This document shows positions 28,846 through 36,740 of a stretch of 64,000 nt of DNA, piece after piece. Position 1 is the first letter of the stretch. Each line of letters opens with the position of its first letter. Origin of the DNA: Myxococcota bacterium. GTDB lineage: Bacteria > Myxococcota > Myxococcia > Myxococcales > Myxococcaceae. A program made the position numbers and the translations under genes. The stretch lies in assembly GCA_049322255.1 (NCBI GenBank), contig JBMORE010000149.1:1-64000 (forward strand), given 5' to 3'. The notes beneath the pieces are model-generated. The model did not search any database, had not been told where the DNA came from, and saw only the letters and a program-made list of their open reading frames with translations.

Positions 28846-29463
28846 ATGACAAGGCAGGTTTACAAAATGGCGATGGTGGTGGCGCTCGCCGGCGTGGGGT
28901 TAGCGTACGCGCAAGAAGAAGAGACAAGATACGAGCCCGAGCCCACGACGAAGGAGGTCATGTCGACCGCGCAGCTCGAGGGCGGCGTCAACTTCTACAG
29001 TGGAGGAATGGCGGGGTTGACGGTCGTGGGGCCGGCGTGGGGCGTTCGCATGGGGGCGCACGCCGGTCTCCTCGGCGGTGAGATTGCCTATCGGGGCGCA
29101 TACAACATCATCGCCGACGACGTAGGCTTGGGGGAGGACGCGGGCTCCATCTGGAAGAACGGGGTGTCCGCGTTGGCGAAGGTAGGCCCCACCTTCGACG
29201 AACGACTGACGCCGTATTTGGGCGCAGGCATCGGCACCAGCTTCTTGCACCCGACGCAAAATGCGACCCCGGCCTTCCGGGACGACGTGGTGTTCGAGAT
29301 TCCGCTCGCCGTGGGTGTCGATTACCGAGCCAAGCACTTCAACGCCGGCCTGCGTGGGAGCTGGACGCCGCTGGTGGGGCTCGAGGTGGCCGACGGCGGT
29401 CCCTTCAGCGACACCAATGGGGGCGCCTTCCTCACCACCCTGAACCTGGGTGGGGTCTTCTAG
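28846..29463 (+). CDS. Small outer-membrane beta-barrel protein
   Basis: Signal peptide (AYA-QE), amphipathic strands (PYLGAGIG, PLAVGVDY), terminal Phe; AAGGAGG RBS. Confidence 0.8.
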   Translation: MTRQVYKMAMVVALAGVGLAYAQEEETRYEPEPTTKEVMSTAQLEGGVNFYSGGMAGLTVVGPAWGVRMGAHAGLLGGEIAYRGAYNIIADDVGLGEDAGSIWKNGVSALAKVGPTFDERLTPYLGAGIGTSFLHPTQNATPAFRDDVVFEIPLAVGVDYRAKHFNAGLRGSWTPLVGLEVADGGPFSDTNGGAFLTTLNLGGVF

Positions 29464-29478
29464 GGGGAGGCGGGAGTT

Positions 29479-29511
29479 CCCTCTCCCTCTGGGAGAGGGT
29501 TAGGGTGAGGG
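29479..29511 (+). repeat. REP-like hairpin repeat, copy 2
   Basis: CCCTCTCCC-TCT-GGGAGAGGG-TTA-GGGTGAGGG. Confidence 0.75.
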
Positions 29512-29516
29512 GCGTC

Positions 29517-30536
29517 ATGTTCCGCAAGCTCCTCCCCGTATTCTCCCTGCTCATCTCCGCCAGCGGCTTCGCCGACGCCATCGACGTCTCCGTCTCCGGG
29601 CGCGCCCTCATCGGCCAGGGCGTGCCCACGCTCAACGTGCACATCCTCGAGCCGATTGCCGGTTTCCGCGTGAAGCTCAACCGCAGCGACGGTAAGCCCG
29701 TGGACATCAAAGGGGGCGGCAAGCCCGGGGTGACGCGGGCGCTTCAGCTCGACCAGCCCGAAGGCACGTTCACCTACCAGGGCGAGCTCACCGTGAACTT
29801 CCCCGACGGAACGACCAGCTCGATGCCGCTGCAGTTCGAGACCGAGCTCTTCGGACCTCTGCGCATGAAGCTGGAGAAGGGCGACGTGAAGGTCGACGAG
29901 CGCAAGGTCACCTTCCGCATCAGCCGGCCTGCGGGGAAGGCGCACGTGAAGGTGCTCATGGATACCGGCAAGGTGGTGATGGACGACGACGTGCTCTTCA
30001 ACGGCGAGCCCGCCGACTCCCCGCTGGAAATCACCTGGCCGCAGGCTCCTGGCAAAGTGATGAAGATTCACATCCAGGCCTATGACACCTCGACCTTCTT
30101 CACCGGGGTGGAGATTTTCCCGTGGCAGGTCGACATCCCCCACGAGGAAGTCAACTTCGACTCCGGCAAGTGGGACATTCGCCAACAGGAGCAGGGCAAG
30201 CTCGACAAGAGCTTCGCGCTCATCCGCGAGGCGGTGACCAAGTACGGCCGGCTGGCGGACATCAAGCTGTACATCGCCGGGCACACCGACAGCGTGGGGA
30301 GCACCGCGAGCAACCGCACCCTCTCGCTCAACCGCGCGCGCAGCATCGGGGCCTACCTCCGCAAGAAAGGTCTGCGCATCCCGGTGCTCTACGAGGGCTT
30401 CGGCGAGGAGGCGCTCTTGGTGGGGACTCCCGACGAGACCGACGAGCAAGCCAACCGGCGCGCCGAGTACATCATCGCGGTGGAGGCTCCCCATCTGAAA
30501 AATCCACCCTTCGCACCGAGCTGGCAGCGGCTGTAG
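29517..30536 (+). CDS. OmpA-family peptidoglycan-binding domain protein
   Basis: Signal peptide; VNFDSGK, GHTDSVG, NRTLSLNRA, GFGE, NRRAE. Confidence 0.9.
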   Translation: MFRKLLPVFSLLISASGFADAIDVSVSGRALIGQGVPTLNVHILEPIAGFRVKLNRSDGKPVDIKGGGKPGVTRALQLDQPEGTFTYQGELTVNFPDGTTSSMPLQFETELFGPLRMKLEKGDVKVDERKVTFRISRPAGKAHVKVLMDTGKVVMDDDVLFNGEPADSPLEITWPQAPGKVMKIHIQAYDTSTFFTGVEIFPWQVDIPHEEVNFDSGKWDIRQQEQGKLDKSFALIREAVTKYGRLADIKLYIAGHTDSVGSTASNRTLSLNRARSIGAYLRKKGLRIPVLYEGFGEEALLVGTPDETDEQANRRAEYIIAVEAPHLKNPPFAPSWQRL

Positions 30537-32178
30537 GGAGCACCGCCGCGCGCAACAGCGGCAAGGGAAGCTGTCCTTCGGCCATCACCGCGTCGTGGAA
30601 GCGGCGCACCGAGAAGCGCTCGCCCCAGGCCGCTCGGGCATCGGAGCGCAGGCGTTCGAGCTCCAGGCGCCCCAGGGTGTAGGCGGGGCAGGAGAAGTCG
30701 ACCGCGCAGCGCAACGCTTCGCTGCGGGCGAGCGGTTTGGGAAACAGGCCCTCTTTTTCGAGGAAGGTTGCTGCCTGAGCGAGGGTCATCTGCCGCGCGT
30801 GCAGCTCGAGGGAAGCGACACAGCGGGCGGCGCGCAAGAGGGCGCCGTGCTCCTTGGACAACAGGAGTGCTGCCTCGCCGCCGTGGTATCCGGCCTCGAA
30901 GATGAGCCCCTCAGCGTAATGGGCCCAGCCCTCGATGAACGAGTCTGTACCGAAGAAGCGTCGGACCGGAGAAGAGCAGGTGCGCAAGGAAAAGAGCTGT
31001 ACCAAATGTCCGGGGAACGCCTCGTGCGCGGTGACCCAGTGGACCTGCGAGCGGTTGAAGAAGCTCAAGGCTGCCTCGCGGTCGGCTTTGCTCCACGAGG
31101 GCGTGGGCAGCGTCACCAGGTACTTGGCCTCCGTCGCTTCGGGGTCGAAGGGACCCGGCACGTCCATCGCCGCCACCGTCATCGCGGTGAGGTACGCAGG
31201 CATCGGCTGGACCTCGCAGCGCGCGCCCGAAGGAATGGTGACCAGCTCGGCGTCGCGGCAGAACCGCTCCAGCTCGCTCAGGACATACTCCACTTCACCC
31301 AGCACCGCGCGGGGGCCCGGCCGGTCGGTCGCCAGGTGTCGGAGCACCTCTGCGGCACCCCGAGCGCGCCCCTTGGCTGCCAGCGCTGCCAGCTCGTCGC
31401 AGCGGGAGCGAAGACGTTGCAGCTCCGCGCGCGCGTGTGCGGCGAGCTTCGACGGCGGCGAAGCCAACATCTCATCGAGAGCGAGCTTCTTGGCCAAGGC
31501 CGCTTCGCCGATGCCGACGTGCCCGGAGGCATGCGACTTTTTCTCGTGGAGGTAAGCGGCGAAGGTTTTGGCTGCCTCGGCGGCGCGCGCGGAAGCCTCC
31601 TCCAGCTTTCGCCGCAGCGCCCGGGCGCGAACCTGAGGAAAGGCTCGAGGCACCACGTCGGCGTAGAAGCTGACCGCGCCGGCGGCGTTCTCCTCGGCGA
31701 CCGTGACCAGGGCGCGCGGTGGGTTCGCCAGCTGGCGTCGAGCGGTCGTAAGCAGGTGAGGAATCTCTTCCAGGCGGGCGACGCAGGCCAGCAGTCGCGC
31801 GGGAGGGTCGCCGGAGTGGTGGGCGATGAGCGCGTTCACTCCTTCGCCTGCGGTCTCCGTCCAGTAGTCCGGGTTCCACGCCCAGGGGCGCACCGTTTCC
31901 AAAAGGTGCGCCAGCGCGTCCAGCTTGGAGGACAGAAGCAGTCGATCGAGCATCTGCCCCGGTGCAAGCGGGCGGTCGAAGCGCTCCAACGCGCGGCGGA
32001 GCCTGCCGACGGCGGCGAAGTGGTGGGCGAGGCCTTGGGGGGTCAAGTCATCCAGGTGGGCGTCCAGCTCGTGCAAGCCGGCGATCGAGGCGGCGACCGG
32101 CTGATGAAACGCCAACTCTCGAACGGCGTCGTTCAAGAAAATCTCGAAGCGCGTGTTTTTGGGGTGGGCCCGTGCCAC
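30472..32178 (-). CDS. DUF885 family protein (zincin-like metallopeptidase), no evident signal peptide
   Basis: TAHEAFPGHLVQ, FIEGWAHYAE, LLRAARCV, AYTLGRL, RRFHDAVM; probable GTG start 32178; 3' end overlaps the OmpA gene by 65 nt. Confidence 0.85.
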   Translation of the reverse strand: MARAHPKNTRFEIFLNDAVRELAFHQPVAASIAGLHELDAHLDDLTPQGLAHHFAAVGRLRRALERFDRPLAPGQMLDRLLLSSKLDALAHLLETVRPWAWNPDYWTETAGEGVNALIAHHSGDPPARLLACVARLEEIPHLLTTARRQLANPPRALVTVAEENAAGAVSFYADVVPRAFPQVRARALRRKLEEASARAAEAAKTFAAYLHEKKSHASGHVGIGEAALAKKLALDEMLASPPSKLAAHARAELQRLRSRCDELAALAAKGRARGAAEVLRHLATDRPGPRAVLGEVEYVLSELERFCRDAELVTIPSGARCEVQPMPAYLTAMTVAAMDVPGPFDPEATEAKYLVTLPTPSWSKADREAALSFFNRSQVHWVTAHEAFPGHLVQLFSLRTCSSPVRRFFGTDSFIEGWAHYAEGLIFEAGYHGGEAALLLSKEHGALLRAARCVASLELHARQMTLAQAATFLEKEGLFPKPLARSEALRCAVDFSCPAYTLGRLELERLRSDARAAWGERFSVRRFHDAVMAEGQLPLPLLRAAVLPTAAASSVRRVDFSDGEPPPR

Positions 32179-32220
32179 AGCGTCATCGTACCGGGCAAAC
32201 CGGGCGAAGGAATCGACCCC

Positions 32221-33678
32221 GTGGAGCCGCTCGGCTACTTTCGGCGCGTGGGCCGCCCCAAGAAGTCGCTCCGCGAGAACCTCACCAACCGGCTGGGGCG
32301 CACGCTCAACGAGATGCTCCTCGCCGTGGCGCCCGAAGAGCTGGTGGCCATGCAGCACGCGGTCGTCGAGGAGTCGCGCCGGCAGGGTCTGCTCTACGAG
32401 GCGGCCGACGGTACGCTTCAGGTCATCCCTCTGCTCCTTCGCCCTCGCATTCTTTCGCGCGAGCAGGGCCGTTTCTTCCAGAAGGTGTGTCTCGAGATGG
32501 TGCACGCGCTCGAGCGGCTCTACTTCCTCTGGTCGACCGAGCAGGCGGTGCGTGCGCTGTTGCCGCTCACCGAAGGCGAGCTGCGATGGTTTTCCACCAT
32601 GCCCAAGGTCGCGGCCCGCGCGCCGCAGACGATCTTCGGCCGCCTCGACGTGCAGGTGGACTTCGCCGATGACGACTGGGAGGCGCACTGTCACTTCTTC
32701 GAGGCGAACACCGTGGGCGCGGGCGGCATCCACTACACGCCGGTGGCCGACCAGATCATCCTCGGCTCGGTGATGAAGAAGCTGCGAAAGCTCGCTCCCG
32801 GGTTCCTCATCAAGCCGGCGGACGATCCGCGCCTGTTGCTGTTGCACACGCTCACCCATCATGCCGACGAGATGGGCCTACCCAGTCTGAGAGTGGGGCT
32901 GCTGCAAGATCGGCGGCTGGCAGGCGGGCCGGAGGAGTTCCCCGCCATCGCCCGCTTCCTGGGCGCCCATGACCTCGCGGCGGCGGTGGTCGACCCACGC
33001 GATCTGGTGGTGAAGCGCGATCAGCTCTACGCCGGCGACCAACCGATCGACCTCGTCTACCGCGACACCACCATGGCCGACCTCGTCGAGTACGAGAACG
33101 AGGGGAGCGATCTTTCGGCGATGAAGTGGGCCTTCGCCCACAACCGGGTGGTGTCGTCGATCGCCGGCGAGTTCGACCACAAGAGCGCGTTCGAGATTCT
33201 TTCCGACCCCCGCTTCCACCCCCACTTCAGCGCCGCGCAGCGGAAGATTTTCCAGAAGTACGTGCCGTGGACGCGCACCGTGCGTGAGACGAAGACCTCC
33301 GGCTTCGATGGCAGCGAGCTCGACCTGGTGCCCTTCGTACGCAAGAACCGCGAAGGGTTGGTGCTCAAGCCCAACCGCGGTCTGGGCGGCGAGAAGGTGG
33401 TGATCGGTCCTTTCGCCGAGCTCGACGAATGGGATCAGGCGATCGCCCACGCGGTGGCCCACCCGGGCGAAACCGTGGTGCAGCGCTACGTGCCCAGCCT
33501 GGTGAAGGACTTTCCGGTGCTCGGCGAGGACGGGCGCTGCCGGCTCGAGGAGCTCTATTGCGTGTGCGGCTTCTTCGCCACCGCCGACGGACTGGCGATT
33601 CTCGGGCGCGCATCGAAAAAGCGCGTGGTCAACGTCGCCCAGAAGGGCGGGTTGGTGGCCTGCATGGTGCTGATGTAG
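32221..33678 (+). CDS. Circularly permuted ATP-grasp / glutathionylspermidine-synthase-like amidoligase
   Basis: GRLD (RxD), FEANTVGAGG (ExN), DLVYRD, DHKSAFEIL, VPWTR, LVLKPNRGLGGEKVVIG, VVQRYV, VVNVAQKGG; probable GTG start 32221. Confidence 0.85.
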   Translation: MEPLGYFRRVGRPKKSLRENLTNRLGRTLNEMLLAVAPEELVAMQHAVVEESRRQGLLYEAADGTLQVIPLLLRPRILSREQGRFFQKVCLEMVHALERLYFLWSTEQAVRALLPLTEGELRWFSTMPKVAARAPQTIFGRLDVQVDFADDDWEAHCHFFEANTVGAGGIHYTPVADQIILGSVMKKLRKLAPGFLIKPADDPRLLLLHTLTHHADEMGLPSLRVGLLQDRRLAGGPEEFPAIARFLGAHDLAAAVVDPRDLVVKRDQLYAGDQPIDLVYRDTTMADLVEYENEGSDLSAMKWAFAHNRVVSSIAGEFDHKSAFEILSDPRFHPHFSAAQRKIFQKYVPWTRTVRETKTSGFDGSELDLVPFVRKNREGLVLKPNRGLGGEKVVIGPFAELDEWDQAIAHAVAHPGETVVQRYVPSLVKDFPVLGEDGRCRLEELYCVCGFFATADGLAILGRASKKRVVNVAQKGGLVACMVLM

Positions 33679-33684
33679 CGGTCG

Positions 33685-34110
33685 TCAGCGGTCGCCTTTC
33701 CGGGCTTTCGGAGGCTGGAGCAGCTCGACCCCGCTGGCCACCTTTTCGCCGTCGACCTCGGTGTACCAGGTGCGAACCCACGCGCCCTCTTCCAGCGCAT
33801 CGCGGGAGATGTCCTCGCGACCCGCGAAGATCTCCACCTCGGCAGGCAGCTCCACCTGCTGCTCTTGGCCCTTCGCGTCGCGTAAGGTGAGCTGGTCCTC
33901 CTTCGAGCGGACCAGGGTGCCCTCGACGAGCCGCTCTGCTGGCTCCTGGTTGGGTAGCTCGACCGAGCCCACCGCGGGCGTGTGGCGGCGCTCCGGCTCG
34001 GGGATGGTCAATGGCGGCCCCGGGTGGTCGCTCGCGCGCTCCATGCACCCGTCTCGACAGGACAGCGCGAGCACCGACAGCACCCAGGGAAGCAGCACGA
34101 GCTTTCGCAT
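33685..34110 (-). CDS. Hypothetical lipoprotein
   Basis: MRKLVLLPWVLSVLALSC lipobox-like start; C-terminal beta-rich domain. Confidence 0.65.
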   Translation of the reverse strand: MRKLVLLPWVLSVLALSCRDGCMERASDHPGPPLTIPEPERRHTPAVGSVELPNQEPAERLVEGTLVRSKEDQLTLRDAKGQEQQVELPAEVEIFAGREDISRDALEEGAWVRTWYTEVDGEKVASGVELLQPPKARKGDR

Positions 34111-34180
34111 CCACCGCGAAAATTGTGTGCGCCACCTGCCGGTTTCCACCCGAGGCGGACGAAGGGACGGGCGCTCGTTT

Positions 34181-34813
34181 TCAGCGCAGGTGCAAGAGGT
34201 CGCGAACACCCTCGGCGACGAACTGCACGGCGATGGCGGCCAGCAAAAGCCCCATCACGCGCTGGATGATCGCCACCCCGGAGCGCTTGAGCACCCGTTG
34301 CACGTACGTCGCACCACGCAGGATGAAGAAGGTGGCCGCGAAGGTGAGGGCGATCGCGAGGAACACCGCGAGGGGTGACGCCCAGCCCTTGCCCTTCGAC
34401 ATGAGCACGACGACGGTGGCGATCGACCCCGGCCCGGCGAGCATGGGAATGCCCAGCGGCACCAGGGCCACGTCGTCTTTGGCCACGCCTTCCTTGGTTT
34501 CCTCCTCCGAGGTCTTGGTCGGCGACTGCCGGGCGCGGAGCATGTCCAGCGAGCTCATCAAGAGCACCAGCCCGCCGGCGACACGGAAGGCGCTCAGCGA
34601 CACCCCCAACCACTTGAAGAGCACCCCTCCGAAGAGGGCGAAGAAGAGTAAGACTCCGCCACCGGCCACGCTCGCGCGCAAGGCGGTGCGGTGCAGCTTC
34701 TTGGAGGAGTCGCCCGCGGTGATGGCCAAAAAGAGCGGCACCACGCCGACGGGGTCGACCACGAAGAACACCGCCGGGAGCGCGACGGCGAAGAGCTCGA
34801 AGAAGGAAGTCAC
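34181..34813 (-). CDS. MarC family membrane protein
   Basis: VVDPVG, AFRVAGG, VPLGIPMLAGPGSIA, RVMGLLLAAIAVQ. Confidence 0.93.
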   Translation of the reverse strand: MTSFFELFAVALPAVFFVVDPVGVVPLFLAITAGDSSKKLHRTALRASVAGGGVLLFFALFGGVLFKWLGVSLSAFRVAGGLVLLMSSLDMLRARQSPTKTSEEETKEGVAKDDVALVPLGIPMLAGPGSIATVVVLMSKGKGWASPLAVFLAIALTFAATFFILRGATYVQRVLKRSGVAIIQRVMGLLLAAIAVQFVAEGVRDLLHLR

Positions 34814-34816
34814 TCG

Positions 34817-35521
34817 TCACACCGAGAGCCGCAGCTTCCACACCATGGTGAGCGCTTCGAGGAAAATCTTCCGGCTCATCTTCGACTGTCCGACTCGGCG
34901 GTCCTCGAAGACGATGGGAATTTCTCGCACCCGGAAGCCTCGCTTGAGCGCGCGGTAAGTGAGCTCGATCTGGAAGGCGTAGCCGGTGCTCCGTACCGCG
35001 CCCAGGTCGATCGCCTCGAGCACCCGGCGATGAAAGCACTTGAAGCCGCCGGTGAGGTCGCGAATGCGCACCCCGAGAATCGAGCGCGCGTAGAGGGAGC
35101 CGCCGCGGCTGATGATTTTTCGCCCCACTCCCCAATTCACCGTGCCGCCGCCCGCGACGTAACGCGAGCCGAGCACCAGGTCCGCGCCCGCCGTCGCTTC
35201 ATCGAGCAGCCGCGGCAGGTACCGAGGGTCGTGGCTGAAGTCGGCGTCCATCTCGATGAGGTAGGTGTAGCCGCGTTGAAGACCCCAGGAGAACGCGTGC
35301 AGGTAGGCGCGGCCCAGCCCCTCCTTTTTCTCCCGGTGGAGCACCTGGACCCGCGGCTCCTTCGCCGCCAGCTCGTCGGCCAGTTGCCCGGTGCCGTCGG
35401 GGCTGTTGTCGTCGACCACCAGCACGTCGGCCCGCGGTTCGGCCGCGAGCACCGCTCGGGCAATGGCTTCGACGTTGTCGCGCTCGTTGTAGGTGGGGAT
35501 GATGACCAGGGCCGGTTGCAT
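34817..35521 (-). CDS. Polyprenol monophosphomannose synthase-like GT2 glycosyltransferase
   Basis: IIPTYNE, VVDDNSPDGTG, MDADFSH, GSRY, DLTGGFK, GYAFQIE. Confidence 0.9.
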   Translation of the reverse strand: MQPALVIIPTYNERDNVEAIARAVLAAEPRADVLVVDDNSPDGTGQLADELAAKEPRVQVLHREKKEGLGRAYLHAFSWGLQRGYTYLIEMDADFSHDPRYLPRLLDEATAGADLVLGSRYVAGGGTVNWGVGRKIISRGGSLYARSILGVRIRDLTGGFKCFHRRVLEAIDLGAVRSTGYAFQIELTYRALKRGFRVREIPIVFEDRRVGQSKMSRKIFLEALTMVWKLRLSV

Positions 35522-35552
35522 GGGCGCGGCGGGCATAGCAGACGGCTTGCGG

Positions 35553-36680
35553 TTAGAGCAGCGCCAAAACCTCTTCGGCGGCCCGTGCGGCGGCGCCCGT
35601 GGGACCCAGCTTTTGGCGGACCTCGGCGAGCCCCGTCAACACCTCCTCCCGGGCAGCCCCCTCCCAGAGACGGTTTGCCTCCCGGGCGATGGCTTCGGGG
35701 GTCATCGCCCCCTGCAGAAGCTCGGGTACCAGCCGGCGCCCCGCGAGCAGGTTCACCAGCGCCACGTACGCGACGCGCAACAGCAGCCGGCCGACCAGGT
35801 AGGTCAACGCCGAGACGCGGTACACCACCACCATCGGCCGCTGCATCAACCCTGCCTCGAGCACCGCGGTTCCCGAGGCGACGAGGGCGACATCGCTCGC
35901 TCCGACGACTTCGGGCGCCCGCGCGGCGACGAGCTTCAACGACAGGCCGCTTCCCTCGAAGCGACGAGCGATTTCCTCGGGGGGGATGCTCGGCGCCACG
36001 GGAACCACGATTTGAAGCCCCGCGCGCTCCGCCGAAAGCCTTCGCGCCGCCTCCACCATCGCCGGCAAGATGCGTTGGATTTCACTCAACCGGCTTCCGG
36101 GCAAGAGCGCCAGCGTCGGCTGCGAAGGAGCCAGACCGAGCGCGGCGCGAAACGACTCGGCGGGGGCGGGCTGGGGCACCTGCTCGAGCACCGGGCTGCC
36201 CACGTAGCGGGCGAGGACACCAGCGCGCCGGTAGAAGCGCTCCTCGAAGGGCAGAATGCAGAGCATGCGGTCGACGACCTCGGCGATGGTGCGCACGCGC
36301 CCCCGCCGCCACGCCCAAATCATCGGGCTCACGTAGTAGGCGACGCGAATCCCCAGCCGCTTGAGCCGCCGGGCCAGCCGTAAGTTGAAGTCGGGGATGT
36401 CGACCAGGATCGCCACCTTCGGACGACGGCGCGCCGCGGCGCGTTCGAGCCCGCCCATGACCTGAAGGATGCGGGGCAGTTTGGGCAGCACCTCGGTGAT
36501 GCCCATCACCGACACTTCGTGGGCGCCGTAAAGGAGCTCCACCCCCTGGGCGGCGAGCCGGGGGCCTCCCATGCCGAAGAAGCGCAACGCGGGGGCGCGG
36601 CGCTTGAGCGCGGCGACCAGGTCGGCGGCGTGCTGGTCGCCAGAGGCCTCTCCGGCGACGACCAGGACGGACGGCAGCAT
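35553..36680 (-). CDS. lpxB: Lipid-A-disaccharide synthase
   Basis: VAGEASGD, DIPDFN, SPMIWAWR, ILPFE, LLPGSR, SGTAVLE, PELLQ. Confidence 0.96.
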   Translation of the reverse strand: MLPSVLVVAGEASGDQHAADLVAALKRRAPALRFFGMGGPRLAAQGVELLYGAHEVSVMGITEVLPKLPRILQVMGGLERAAARRRPKVAILVDIPDFNLRLARRLKRLGIRVAYYVSPMIWAWRRGRVRTIAEVVDRMLCILPFEERFYRRAGVLARYVGSPVLEQVPQPAPAESFRAALGLAPSQPTLALLPGSRLSEIQRILPAMVEAARRLSAERAGLQIVVPVAPSIPPEEIARRFEGSGLSLKLVAARAPEVVGASDVALVASGTAVLEAGLMQRPMVVVYRVSALTYLVGRLLLRVAYVALVNLLAGRRLVPELLQGAMTPEAIAREANRLWEGAAREEVLTGLAEVRQKLGPTGAAARAAEEVLALL

Positions 36681-36740
36681 CGAGGCGAGGGACCTTACGG
36701 TTTCAGGTAGATTCCCCGCCAGCCTTTTGGGGCTCCTTTC

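Noticed and set aside
30595..32220. Apparent 1027-aa ATP-grasp fusion (and the 796-aa version of DUF885)
   Set aside because: Each N-terminal extension is simply the antisense of the divergent partner gene; the real starts are near 32221 and 32178.
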